A DNA stretch of 64,000 nucleotides from an uncultured Veillonellaceae bacterium (GCA_963805085.1 CAWDTA010000002.1:992001-1056000), one strand, 5' to 3'. Shown: positions 41,162 to 51,031, numbered from the stretch's first letter. The notes: generated by a model not told the origin, from the sequence alone. Made by a program: numbers and translations.

Positions 41162-43180
41162 ATGTTGTTTGAGAAACAAGCGACAATTAGGCATGAAAGT
41201 GGCGTTCATGCCCGGGTTGCAGCAATGATTGTGCAAAAATCAATGGATATTTATCAGAAGTATAGATGTAGGATGCAACTGAGAGCTGAAAATAGTGGAC
41301 GCTTTGAAATACAAGGACTAATGCCGATTGTTGCTTTAAAGATTGCTCAAGGTGAAAATGTTTGGGTGTCGGCAGAAGGTGACAAAGCCGAACAAGCAGT
41401 AGAAGCTATGGCTGTATTTCTTGAAGGTGATTTTACGGTACATACGCCAAATGAAATGCGTGAGGTTGACCAATTATTACATGAAAATGCCTTTACAGCT
41501 GAACAGATCTTCTATAATATGGCAAATGGACTAATTGTTACTAATCAACATGATATTATCACGGTTTGCAATCCAGCTGCGGCAAGAATTATTGGTATTC
41601 ACGAATCAAATGCGATTGGAAAAAATGTAGAAGATGTGGTGCCAAATACACGCCTCAATATTGTGAATAAAACTGGTAAGGGCGAAATAGCATCCCGACA
41701 AATGATGGGGCAAGCCATGACCGTAACCAATCGCACGCCAATTATTATTGATGGTGAAGTCCGGGGGGCAATTGCTGTTTTTGAAGATATTTCAGCGCTT
41801 GAAAAGATAAAATGGGAGTTCTATGAAGTCAAAGAACTCCAAGAACGTTTACAGTTGATTTTAGAGTCTGTACAAGATGGTATCTGCGTTGTCAGTAAAA
41901 CAGGTGAAGTGATTTATGTGAATTCTTCCTATCTAAGAATTGTCAAACGGCAGCGAGAGCAAGTTCTTGGCACGAATGTATATGAAGTTGCCTCGCAGGG
42001 CACGCGTTGCACGGTTCTTAAAACGGGCAAACCAGCTTTTAACAGCTTTAGTAAGAAACGTGATGGTACCATGGTGGTTGCTAATGTTAATCCAATCATG
42101 GTCGATGGTGAAATCTCTGGAGTTGTTTCGGTTATTAAGAATATCACTGAAGTGCAAAATTTGTTAGAAAAGCTTAGTACGATGTCAGCAAAAGCGGAAT
42201 ATCTTGAACAAGAGTTACTTAGAACGAAAAAAACTAATAAGGCGTTTGAACATTATATTGGCTCGAGTGGCCGTATTTTAGATTTACTAGCGATGGCAAC
42301 AAAAGCAGCCAAAAGTACGGCAACTGTTTTGATTCGTGGTGAAAGTGGCACGGGTAAAGAGCTTGTTGCCGAGGGAATTCATTACGCGAGCAGTCGATCA
42401 AAAGGGCCATTTATCCGGGTCAATTGTGGGGCAATTCCCTCGGCGCTCTTGGAAAGTGAATTATTTGGTCATGAGAAGGGTGCTTTCACCGGTGCGCTAA
42501 AACGAAAACTTGGTAAGTTTGAACTTGCGAATAATGGCACGATATTTTTAGATGAAATTGGTGAGATGGATAAAAATATGCAGGTAAAATTATTGCGCGC
42601 TTTGCAACAAAAAGAATTTGATCGAGTGGGCGGCGAGACGACCATTAAAGTGGATGTGCGCATTATAGCAGCGACAAATCGTGCACTAGAAGAAATGGTT
42701 CGTCAAGAGACTTTTCGGGATGATTTATATTACCGTTTAAATGTAATTCCGCTATGTTTACCGCCACTTCGTGAACGTGTGGAAGATATTCCGCTGTTAA
42801 CAGAACATTTTATTAAGAAATTAAGTGAGCAAGCGGGAAAACAAATAAGAGGAATTACCTCAGAAGCGTTGGGGGTTTTAATGGCTTATAAATGGCCAGG
42901 TAATGTGAGGGAATTAGAGAATATTATTGAGCGTGTGATTACCTTAATGGATGCAGATTATATTTCTATTGAACAGTTGCCTTCCTATATTACGGGAGAA
43001 ATCGTGATGAAGGAAGTGAAAAGTTTTGAGTGTGGGGCGGTCCTTCCTTGGGAAGAGTATGAGAAACAAATTATTAGTAATGCACTTAAACGATGTGGCA
43101 GTTTTAATGCTGCGAGCAAAATGTTGAAACTTACGCATAAAACAGTCGCAACTAAAGCAAAAAAATATGGACTCGTATAA
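41162..43180 (+). CDS. sigma54-dependent enhancer-binding protein with N-terminal HPr domain, two PAS domains, AAA+ and HTH
   Basis: GVHAR (HPr His15-like), two PAS-like repeats, GESGTGKE, GAFTGA, FLDEIGE, WPGNVRELEN. Confidence 0.92.
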   Translation: MLFEKQATIRHESGVHARVAAMIVQKSMDIYQKYRCRMQLRAENSGRFEIQGLMPIVALKIAQGENVWVSAEGDKAEQAVEAMAVFLEGDFTVHTPNEMREVDQLLHENAFTAEQIFYNMANGLIVTNQHDIITVCNPAAARIIGIHESNAIGKNVEDVVPNTRLNIVNKTGKGEIASRQMMGQAMTVTNRTPIIIDGEVRGAIAVFEDISALEKIKWEFYEVKELQERLQLILESVQDGICVVSKTGEVIYVNSSYLRIVKRQREQVLGTNVYEVASQGTRCTVLKTGKPAFNSFSKKRDGTMVVANVNPIMVDGEISGVVSVIKNITEVQNLLEKLSTMSAKAEYLEQELLRTKKTNKAFEHYIGSSGRILDLLAMATKAAKSTATVLIRGESGTGKELVAEGIHYASSRSKGPFIRVNCGAIPSALLESELFGHEKGAFTGALKRKLGKFELANNGTIFLDEIGEMDKNMQVKLLRALQQKEFDRVGGETTIKVDVRIIAATNRALEEMVRQETFRDDLYYRLNVIPLCLPPLRERVEDIPLLTEHFIKKLSEQAGKQIRGITSEALGVLMAYKWPGNVRELENIIERVITLMDADYISIEQLPSYITGEIVMKEVKSFECGAVLPWEEYEKQIISNALKRCGSFNAASKMLKLTHKTVATKAKKYGLV

Positions 43181-43186
43181 ATACTA

Positions 43187-43256
43187 CTAGTAAAAAATAT
43201 CAACGCCTAGTAAAAAATATCAACATATTGAACAAAATTGATACTTTTTACTAGGC
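43187..43256. repeat. 18-bp direct repeat plus an inverted third copy (candidate upstream activator sites / terminator)
   Basis: ctagtaaaaaatatcaac at 43187 and 43207; inverted ttgatactttttactaggc at 43238-43256. Confidence 0.75.
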
Positions 43257-43391
43257 ATTGTTTGTTTTAGGTATGATAATATAAATAATACTAATCATAT
43301 ATGTGTACGATATTAAGCTTTTTTAGCCGAAATATCAAAAAAGTATGTAATAAATAACGAATGTGCTGCGAAAAATGACGAAAATTGAAAG

Positions 43392-43408
43392 TTGGCACAA
43401 CACTTGCA
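43392..43408 (+). promoter_or_regulatory. sigma54 (-24/-12) promoter upstream of ptsHI
   Basis: TTGGCAC-AACAC-TTGCA with correct GG/GC spacing. Confidence 0.85.
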
Positions 43409-43565
43409 TGTTATTAAGAATATAGTTGTACATTTTAAGTTTTTCAATTTATCTTATAAATTAAAAAAAATAGTAAATAATACATGGTGTTATTTGTAAT
43501 GTATAACGGCTAGTTTAATTTAAAAAAATTTAAAATATTAAAATTTGAATGGAGAGATTATTATT

Positions 43566-43829
43566 ATGGAAGCAAAAGTAGTTATCGCAAATAAAGCAGG
43601 TATTCATGCAAGACCAGCATCAATGTTAGTACAATCAGCAACTAAATTCCAAAGTAAAATCAAATTAGCTGCAAAAGGTAAAACAATTGATGCAAAAAGC
43701 ATACTTATGATCATGAGTCTTGGCTTAGTAAAAGGTACTGAAGTTGTTATTAGTGCAGAGGGTGCAGATGCAGATGCGGCTGTAAAAGCAATTAAAGATT
43801 TAGTAGAATCAAAATTCGGCGAAGAATAA
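43566..43829 (+). CDS. ptsH: Phosphocarrier protein HPr
   Basis: GIHARPA (His15) and DAKSIL (Ser46). Confidence 0.96.
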   Translation: MEAKVVIANKAGIHARPASMLVQSATKFQSKIKLAAKGKTIDAKSILMIMSLGLVKGTEVVISAEGADADAAVKAIKDLVESKFGEE

Positions 43830-43843
43830 GGAGGCTCACAAGT

Positions 43844-45550
43844 ATGCCAGAAGTGTTACGAGGTAAAGGTGTTATTTCTGGGATTGCTATTGGCAAAATT
43901 ATGCTTGTAAGTCAAAATATCGACGGTTATCTTGCCTCTTATCAAACAGGTGATGTGCAAGTTGAAACAGAAAAAGCAAGAAATGCTTTAAAAGCCGTTG
44001 CAGAAATATTACAAAACAATGTAAAAACTTTACAAGAAAAAAATATGCCTGAACAAGCTGCCATTATGGAAGCGCATCGTATGATGGCGCAAGATCCAAT
44101 GATGGAAGATTCCATTATGACAAAAGTAAAAGAAGGTATTGCTGCGCCGCGCGCTGTCCTTGCGGCAAGTGAAGAATCTGCAACGTTGTTTGAAAACATG
44201 GATGATGCCTATTTCCGTGAACGTGCTGTAGATATTCGTGATGTAGGTAGACGTATTGCAAAATACATCTTAGGCGTAAAAGAACCAGAACTTGGTGATG
44301 AAGCAGTTATCCTTTGCGGTAACGAAATCGAGCCATCTGTTATCGCTAATATTCCTACGGAAAAAATTCAAGGGGTTATTTTAGGTCAAGGTAGTACAAC
44401 CTGCCATGCGGTAATTATTGCAAAAGCAAGAGCGATCGCAACGGTTGTTGGTCTTGGTGAAAAAGTCGAGACCATAGCCGATGGTGCCAAAGTTTTACTT
44501 GATGGTGAAACTGGGGAAATTGTGATGAATCCATCCGATGAAATCATCGCAACTTACGAAGAGAAACTACAAAAACAGCATGAGTTAAAAGCTTATTATG
44601 CAAAACTTGCTCCACTTCCAGCAGAAACTACTGATGGTGTACGCGTACAATTGGCGGCAAACATCGGCGGTCATACGGATATGGATAGTGCGTTATCCTA
44701 TGGCTGTGAAGGTGTAGGCTTATTTAGAACTGAATTTGTCTTCATGGGTAGAGAAGATATTCCTACAGAAGAAGATCAGTATAAAGCCTATAAAGAAGCG
44801 ATCGAAAAATGTGCTGGTAACATTTGTGTTATTCGTACGATGGATATTGGTGGTGATAAACCACTTGCTTATTTAGATATTCCAAAAGAAGAAAATCCAT
44901 TCTTGGGTTGGCGGGCAATTCGTATTAGTTTAGCTAGACATGAATTGTTTATGCCACAGCTAAAAGCGATTCTTCGTGCTGGTGTTTTTGGTAAAGCTGC
45001 GATCATGCTTCCAATGGTGATCAGTGTAACTGAAGTAAAACAAGTAAAAGAATTGATTACGCAAGCAAAATTGGAATTGACACATGAAGGTAAAGCTTTT
45101 GCTGATAATGTTCCGCTTGGTATTATGGTAGAGACTCCTGCAGCAGCAGTATTGACACCAGTGTTAGCGAAACATGTTGATTTCTTTAGTATTGGTACCA
45201 ATGATTTGGTTCAATATACGCTTGCAGTTGACCGTGTAAATCATAACGTAAGTTATTTATATAGTCACTTCCATCCAGCTGTTTTAAAATTAATCCAGAC
45301 AACAATCAAAGCCGCTCGTGAGAATGGCATCTGGTCTGGTATGTGTGGCGAAATGGCAAGTGATCCATATGCAGCGGTTATCTTAATGGCGATGGGGATT
45401 CATGAACTTAGTATGAGTGCTCCTTCGATTCCAAGAGTAAAAGAAAAAATTCGTTCTATTAGTTCTCAAAAAGCAAAAGAAGTATTAGATGCAGTTCTTG
45501 AGTTAGAAGATAGTGAAGCTGTTAAAGAATATTTATACAAGAATTTATAA
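43844..45550 (+). CDS. ptsI: PTS enzyme I
   Basis: TCHAVIIAK phospho-His, GVGLFRTEF, RTMDIGGDK, SIGTNDLVQY. Confidence 0.97.
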   Translation: MPEVLRGKGVISGIAIGKIMLVSQNIDGYLASYQTGDVQVETEKARNALKAVAEILQNNVKTLQEKNMPEQAAIMEAHRMMAQDPMMEDSIMTKVKEGIAAPRAVLAASEESATLFENMDDAYFRERAVDIRDVGRRIAKYILGVKEPELGDEAVILCGNEIEPSVIANIPTEKIQGVILGQGSTTCHAVIIAKARAIATVVGLGEKVETIADGAKVLLDGETGEIVMNPSDEIIATYEEKLQKQHELKAYYAKLAPLPAETTDGVRVQLAANIGGHTDMDSALSYGCEGVGLFRTEFVFMGREDIPTEEDQYKAYKEAIEKCAGNICVIRTMDIGGDKPLAYLDIPKEENPFLGWRAIRISLARHELFMPQLKAILRAGVFGKAAIMLPMVISVTEVKQVKELITQAKLELTHEGKAFADNVPLGIMVETPAAAVLTPVLAKHVDFFSIGTNDLVQYTLAVDRVNHNVSYLYSHFHPAVLKLIQTTIKAARENGIWSGMCGEMASDPYAAVILMAMGIHELSMSAPSIPRVKEKIRSISSQKAKEVLDAVLELEDSEAVKEYLYKNL

Positions 45551-45575
45551 TTATTTATAATTCGTGTATACAAGA

Positions 45576-45610
45576 AAAGTGCTACATTCCTTAGGAATGT
45601 AGCACTTTTT
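45576..45610 (+). terminator. Intrinsic terminator of ptsHI
   Basis: aaaagtgctacattcc / ggaatgtagcactttt. Confidence 0.9.
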
Positions 45611-45615
45611 GTATG

Positions 45616-45644
45616 TTTACAAACAACGTATAGCGTAGTATAAT
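45616..45644 (+). promoter_or_regulatory. sigmaA-type promoter ~270 nt upstream of the oxidoreductase operon
   Basis: TTTACA-N17-TATAAT. Confidence 0.6.
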
Positions 45645-45915
45645 TATAAACAGCAAAGATGCTGTGCTTCTAAGAGAAGGTAAGCATCTTTTTGCCTATT
45701 TTTAGGCCTGCTGGTGATTAAATGGTAATGATGCTAGGTATAAATGTATTTTATCGTTGGATAAAGATAAAATAAATTTACAAATATCATGGATTTTCAA
45801 GATGGTATTTGGTATTATTGTTTATAGCATTTTAGATAAGGGACTATCCAAAAATGTAAGAGTCAATGTTACTTTTTATAAATTAATTTTGGTATATGAT
45901 TAAGGAGGCTGCTCT

Positions 45916-46116
45916 ATGAAAGCGGAAATATTGATTAAGCAAGAAAGATGTAAGGGCTGTGATATTTGTGTTTCATTCTGCCCGAAAAAAGTACTAAAAC
46001 TAGATACCTTAGGAAAAGTTCAAGTGATCGATGGCGAGGCATGCATTGCCTGCGGACAATGTGAACTACGTTGTCCTGATTATGCGATTTATGTAGATAA
46101 GAAGGTGAACGCTTAA
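45916..46116 (+). CDS. korD: 2-oxoacid:ferredoxin oxidoreductase delta subunit (2x4Fe-4S)
   Basis: CKGCDICVSFCP and CIACGQCELRCP. Confidence 0.88.
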   Translation: MKAEILIKQERCKGCDICVSFCPKKVLKLDTLGKVQVIDGEACIACGQCELRCPDYAIYVDKKVNA

Positions 46117-47264
46117 TGGGTAATATAAAACTTATGCAAGGCAATGAAGCTTGCGCTGAGGGAGCACTTGCTGCTGGAGTTAGATTTTTTGGTGGATATC
46201 CAATTACACCTTCAACTGAAATTGCTGAATCAATGGCGGTTATGCTGCCAAAGGTTGGCGGTACATTTATTCAGATGGAAGATGAAATTGCGGGCATTGC
46301 AGTTGTTTTAGGAGCGTCCCTTGCCGGTAAAAAAGTATTAACAGCGACCTCGGGACCTGGTTTTTCTTTAAAACAAGAATTAATCGGGTATGCGGCGATT
46401 GCTGAAATTCCACTTGTTATTGCCAATGTACAACGTCTTGGTCCTTCAACAGGACAACCAACATCACCAGCACAAGGGGATGTGATGCAGGCTCGTTGGG
46501 GTACACATGGTGATCATCCGATGATTGCATTGTCTCCATGGACAGTAAAAGAAAGCTTTGAAGTCGCAGTCAAAGCAGTAAATTATGCGGAACGTTTTAG
46601 AACGCCGGTAATTATCCTGCTTGACGAAATCGTAGGACATTTACGTGAGAAGGTAGAATTGCCTGACGCGAAAGATATAGAGATTTATCCACGTCGTAAA
46701 CCAGATTGTAGCCGTGAACAAGGGTATGAACCATATAGACCAGCAACTGACTTAGTACCAAATGTTGCTAATTTTGGTACTGGTAACCGTATTCATGTTA
46801 CTGGGCTTGTGCATGACGAAACAGGGTTCCCGTCAGGTAGCCCAAAAGTTACCGAAGACAGTATACGCCGTCTACATCAAAAAATTGAAATCGTCCAAGA
46901 TGAGATTACCCATTATGATGAATTCTTTATGGAAGATGCCGAGTATGCGGTAGTTTCCTATGGCGGTACGGCGCGCACAGCTTATGCAGCGGTACTAGAA
47001 GCACGTAACAAAGGAATCAAAGTGGGAATGGTTCGTTTGATGACAATTTGGCCATTTGCAGATAAGATTGTCAAAAAAATTGCCAATCAAGTGAAAGCAA
47101 TTTTGGTACCAGAGCTCAACTATGGTCAATTGGTGAATGAAGTAGAACGCGCAGCAGGTGGCAAAGCTAAGGTGAAACTGCTTGCTAAGTATAATACTGA
47201 AATTTTTACACCAAATGAAATTTGCACTGCAATCGAAGACCTTACTGCGGAGGTGACAGATTAA
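46116..47264 (+). CDS. korA: 2-oxoacid:ferredoxin oxidoreductase alpha subunit
   Basis: GYPITPSTE, QMEDE, TATSGPG, QRLGPSTG. Confidence 0.9.
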   Translation: MGNIKLMQGNEACAEGALAAGVRFFGGYPITPSTEIAESMAVMLPKVGGTFIQMEDEIAGIAVVLGASLAGKKVLTATSGPGFSLKQELIGYAAIAEIPLVIANVQRLGPSTGQPTSPAQGDVMQARWGTHGDHPMIALSPWTVKESFEVAVKAVNYAERFRTPVIILLDEIVGHLREKVELPDAKDIEIYPRRKPDCSREQGYEPYRPATDLVPNVANFGTGNRIHVTGLVHDETGFPSGSPKVTEDSIRRLHQKIEIVQDEITHYDEFFMEDAEYAVVSYGGTARTAYAAVLEARNKGIKVGMVRLMTIWPFADKIVKKIANQVKAILVPELNYGQLVNEVERAAGGKAKVKLLAKYNTEIFTPNEICTAIEDLTAEVTD

Positions 47265-48079
47265 TGAGAAGTTATGATAAATATTTTCGCGAAAATAGAT
47301 TACCACATATGTGGTGCCCTGGTTGTGGTAATGGTATCGCGATGAAAGCAATCGTTCAGGCGATTGAAGCAAAAAAATTAGACCAAGATAAAACAGTTAT
47401 TGTTTCAGGAATTGGCTGTTCTTCAAGAGCATCTGGTTATATGAATTTTGATACCTTGCATACCGCACATGGTAGAGCAATTCCGTTTGCAACAGGGATC
47501 AAACTGGCAAATCCAGAGCTTAATGTAATCGTAATCACTGGTGACGGTGATTGCACTGCAATTGGTGGTAATCACTTTATTCATGGTGCGAGAAGAAATG
47601 TCGATTTGACGGTTATTTTATTCAATAATAATATTTATGGAATGACTGGCGGGCAAGCGTCACCATTGACACCACTCAATAAAAAAGCAACAACAGCACC
47701 ATATGGCAGCGTTGATAGACCATTTGACCCTTGTCATTTAGCAGAAGCAGCAGGAGCAACCTATGTTGCGCGTAGCACAGCGTTCCATGTCAAACATTTA
47801 TCTGATATGATCTTCCAAGGTATGGGGAATAAAGGATTCTCTTTTATTGAGGCGATTACCCAATGTCCGATTGCCTATGGACGTAAAAATAAATTAGGAG
47901 ACGCACCTGAAATGCTCAAATGGATGAGTGAAACAGCAGTGATGAAAGCTGCTTATGACAAATTGCCAGAAGAAAAACGCGAAGGCAAATTCCCAATTGG
48001 TGTATTCTATAATAGTGAGTTCACAGAATATACAACCGCATATCAGAAAGTAATTGACTTGGCCGGAGGTGCGAGATAA
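47264..48079 (+). CDS. korB: 2-oxoacid:ferredoxin oxidoreductase beta subunit (TPP-binding)
   Basis: WCPGCG, SGIGCS, GDGD...NNNIYGMTGGQ; ATG 47264 overlaps the korA stop. Confidence 0.9.
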   Translation: MRSYDKYFRENRLPHMWCPGCGNGIAMKAIVQAIEAKKLDQDKTVIVSGIGCSSRASGYMNFDTLHTAHGRAIPFATGIKLANPELNVIVITGDGDCTAIGGNHFIHGARRNVDLTVILFNNNIYGMTGGQASPLTPLNKKATTAPYGSVDRPFDPCHLAEAAGATYVARSTAFHVKHLSDMIFQGMGNKGFSFIEAITQCPIAYGRKNKLGDAPEMLKWMSETAVMKAAYDKLPEEKREGKFPIGVFYNSEFTEYTTAYQKVIDLAGGAR

Positions 48080-48600
48080 TGAAACAAATACGTTTATCTG
48101 GTTCAGGTGGGCAAGGGGTTATTACCGCGGCAATTATTTTTGCCGAAGGGGCAGTAAGAGAAGGAAAAGAAGCAGTTCAATCACAATCTTATGGTCCTGA
48201 AGCGCGTGGTGGTGCTTCAAAAGCGGAAGTTATCATCTCAGATCAAGCAATTTATCATCCTAAAGTGACGACACCGGATATTGTGCTTGCCATGACACAA
48301 CAGGCAGCTGACAAATATTATGATGACTTGCATGAAGATGGCATTTTAATTGTGGATGAAGATTTAGTGCCAAACGTGCCGAACTTTCCTAATGTCATTA
48401 AGGTGCCGATTACACGAATCGCTGTTGAACAAGTAGGAAAATCGCTGTTTGCCAATATGGTAGCATTGGGCTTACTTGTTAAAGTATCTGGCTTGGTTTC
48501 TTTTGATGTGATCAAAGAAACAGTTGCGAAACGTGTACCGCCAGCAACGATTGAAAAAAATACGATGGCATTAGAGCTTGGCTTTGATGCGGTTAAATAA
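48079..48600 (+). CDS. korC: 2-oxoacid:ferredoxin oxidoreductase gamma subunit
   Basis: GSGGQGVI, SYGPEARGG, ANMVALG. Confidence 0.88.
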   Translation: MKQIRLSGSGGQGVITAAIIFAEGAVREGKEAVQSQSYGPEARGGASKAEVIISDQAIYHPKVTTPDIVLAMTQQAADKYYDDLHEDGILIVDEDLVPNVPNFPNVIKVPITRIAVEQVGKSLFANMVALGLLVKVSGLVSFDVIKETVAKRVPPATIEKNTMALELGFDAVK

Positions 48601-48611
48601 ATTATAGGTTA

Positions 48612-48655
48612 GAAATCCCACTGCGATATGATAAAATATGAGCAGTGGGATTTTT
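48612..48655 (+). terminator. Intrinsic terminator
   Basis: aaatcccactgc / gcagtgggattt. Confidence 0.75.
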
Positions 48656-48675
48656 ATTTTTAAGATAAGGGTGAT

Positions 48676-49353
48676 ATGATGCAGATATTTAAAAATGATT
48701 GGGCAGATTATTTAAATTTAGAATTAACAGAGCCTTATTATGTAAAATTACGTGAATTTTTGATCAGTGAATATAAAACCCGGACTATTTTCCCGAGTAT
48801 GTATGATATTTTTAATGCGCTTCATTATACAAGTTACGAAAGCACAAAAGTGGTTATACTAGGACAAGATCCATATCATGGTCCGAAACAGGCACATGGG
48901 CTTAGTTTTTCTGTACAACCAGGGGTGGAAGCGCCACCGTCACTTCTTAATATTTTTAAAGAACTTCATACGGATTTAGGTTGCACGATACCGAATAATG
49001 GCTGCTTAGTACCATGGGCAGAGCAAGGGGTATTATTACTAAATGCGGTTCTTACAGTTCGCGAGCGTCAGGCCAATTCACATCAAGGCTTAGGTTGGGA
49101 GCAATTTACCGATAAAGTGATTTCGCTTTTGAATGAACGCACAGAACCCTTGGTATTTATTCTTTGGGGCAAACCAGCCCAAAAGAAAAAAATGATGATT
49201 ACCAATCCAAATCACTTTGTGATTGAATCACCGCATCCTAGTCCATTATCAGCCCATCGGGGCTTCTTTGGCAGTAAACCTTTTTCTAAGGCCAATGAAT
49301 TTTTAATAAAAAATAACAGTCGACCGATTGATTGGCAATTGCCTAATTTGTAG
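48676..49353 (+). CDS. ung: Uracil-DNA glycosylase
   Basis: GQDPYH and HPSPLS motifs. Confidence 0.97.
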   Translation: MMQIFKNDWADYLNLELTEPYYVKLREFLISEYKTRTIFPSMYDIFNALHYTSYESTKVVILGQDPYHGPKQAHGLSFSVQPGVEAPPSLLNIFKELHTDLGCTIPNNGCLVPWAEQGVLLLNAVLTVRERQANSHQGLGWEQFTDKVISLLNERTEPLVFILWGKPAQKKKMMITNPNHFVIESPHPSPLSAHRGFFGSKPFSKANEFLIKNNSRPIDWQLPNL

Positions 49354-49482
49354 AAATTTAATTTAGACATGATTTTGCGAATAATTAGAAAAAAATAAAG
49401 GTTTTTTTAGTTTTAGATAGAATTTTGTGGATAGATAAAATGGAATAGAAAAATATAATACATTGATAGAGGAGAAAACGGT

Positions 49483-50727
49483 ATGGATTCTTTTGATATA
49501 CATCCTGTTAATTTAATCAAAGCGCTATCCATGGCTCTCGAACTTGCCGTCCATGGTATGTCCAGCCATCATTGGCGTACAGCGCTTGTTTGCGATCGAA
49601 TTGCCAAGAACATAAGATTGAATGCGGTAGAGCATCAACGATTGGTTTATACTGCATTATTACATGATATAGGGGCGGCATCAAGCTGGAGTGAACGTAA
49701 AAAAATTATAGCAAATGAACAAACCAACGATCAAGGGATGTATCGACATGCAGAAGATGGGTACCTTCTATTAAAGGATTCTGTGCAACTTGGTGATTTA
49801 GCGGAACCCATTCGTTATCATCATGATAGATGGGCGGGGGGCAACTATTCAGGGCTTAGGGGAGAACAGATCCCCTTGATTAGTCGTATTGTGCATATTG
49901 CGGATCGTATTGAGATCTTGATTCATAATAACGAGTTTATATTTGATCAATCTAAACGGATTTTAACTGTGATTGAGAAGGAATGTGGAATAGAATTTGA
50001 TCCTAGTTTAGTCACGGCGGTAAAGGAACTTACGAAAAAAGAAAGCTTTTGGTTAGATCTTGTGAATCCAAATTATTATGAAGTGTTTTTCAAAAGTTTA
50101 GATGTTTATGGATCGATACGTTATTCTTTGGATGATGCGATTAATATTGCGGAAATCTTCGCGACCATAATTGATAGGATGAGCTCTTTTACAGCGACGC
50201 ACTCGCGTAGTGTGGCTAAGATCGCAGCTTTTTTAGCAGAAATTAAAGGCTTCAGCGCAGATGAAGTTAAAAATATGAAAATTGCTGGTTTGTTGCATGA
50301 CTTAGGAAAACTGGCAGTTCCCAATGATATTTTAGAAAAACCAGGTAGGTTAAACAATGAGGAAGTTGTTATTATTAGACAGCATACCTATTATACATAT
50401 CGTATTTTGGAACAAATTGATAATTTTGATACTATTGCTAAGTGGGCGGCATATCATCATGAAACGCTAGATGGACAAGGTTATCCATTTAGAATTAAGG
50501 AAGAATCGATTCCGTTGGGATCAAAAATAGTTGCTGTTGCCGATATTTTTGTAGCACTTACAGAAAATAGACCATATCGTGAAAACTTGTCGGAAGCAAA
50601 AGTGAAATCAATTATTTCCAAAATGGTTGAGAATGGTAAAATAGACAGATCAATCGTAAATGACTTGTTTGAACATAATCATGAAGCGATGGTCATTATG
50701 CTTGATTTAAAGGCGATTGCAATATAA
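49483..50727 (+). CDS. Tandem HD-GYP protein (putative cyclic-dinucleotide phosphodiesterase)
   Basis: Two HD domains (LHDIG, LHDLGK). The C-terminal domain has HHETLDGQGYP and RPYR; the N-terminal GYP loop is degenerate. Confidence 0.85.
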   Translation: MDSFDIHPVNLIKALSMALELAVHGMSSHHWRTALVCDRIAKNIRLNAVEHQRLVYTALLHDIGAASSWSERKKIIANEQTNDQGMYRHAEDGYLLLKDSVQLGDLAEPIRYHHDRWAGGNYSGLRGEQIPLISRIVHIADRIEILIHNNEFIFDQSKRILTVIEKECGIEFDPSLVTAVKELTKKESFWLDLVNPNYYEVFFKSLDVYGSIRYSLDDAINIAEIFATIIDRMSSFTATHSRSVAKIAAFLAEIKGFSADEVKNMKIAGLLHDLGKLAVPNDILEKPGRLNNEEVVIIRQHTYYTYRILEQIDNFDTIAKWAAYHHETLDGQGYPFRIKEESIPLGSKIVAVADIFVALTENRPYRENLSEAKVKSIISKMVENGKIDRSIVNDLFEHNHEAMVIMLDLKAIAI

Positions 50728-50868
50728 ATTTTATTGAAAGACCGTGCCGGAGGGCGTTGAGAGTCCTTGTGAGGTGTTTGCTTATCTGTGTATTTTGCAT
50801 ACTTCCAATGAAAACTGCCACCAGCACGTGCCCTGCCAAGGGCAATTTGAGAGATATCTATCACTAAT

Positions 50869-50988
50869 ATTCCGATTACGCTATTTGGCGTGGATAGAAT
50901 TCTTGATATGCTCAGAACAGCAGTAAATATTATCGGTGATGCTGCTTGAGCAACTATCGTAGATAATTTAAGGGATGAAGAAAAATAA
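50869..50988 (+). pseudogene. Remnant of a dicarboxylate/amino acid:cation (GltP-type) symporter C-terminus
   Basis: Translation IPITLFGVDRILDMLRTAVNIIGDAA*ATIVDNLRDEEK* carries the DRxxDMxRTxVNxxGD TM8 signature with an internal TGA. Confidence 0.8.
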
Positions 50989-50999
50989 TTTACAATAAA

Positions 51000-51031
51000 A
51001 AATCCTAGAGCGTATGCTTTAGGATTCTTTT
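51000..51031 (+). terminator. Intrinsic terminator
   Basis: aatcctagagc / gctttaggatt plus T-run. Confidence 0.7.

Noticed and set aside
43187-43256. Repeats as a mini-CRISPR array
   Set aside because: Only 2 nt separate the direct copies, the third copy is inverted, and no cas genes are present.
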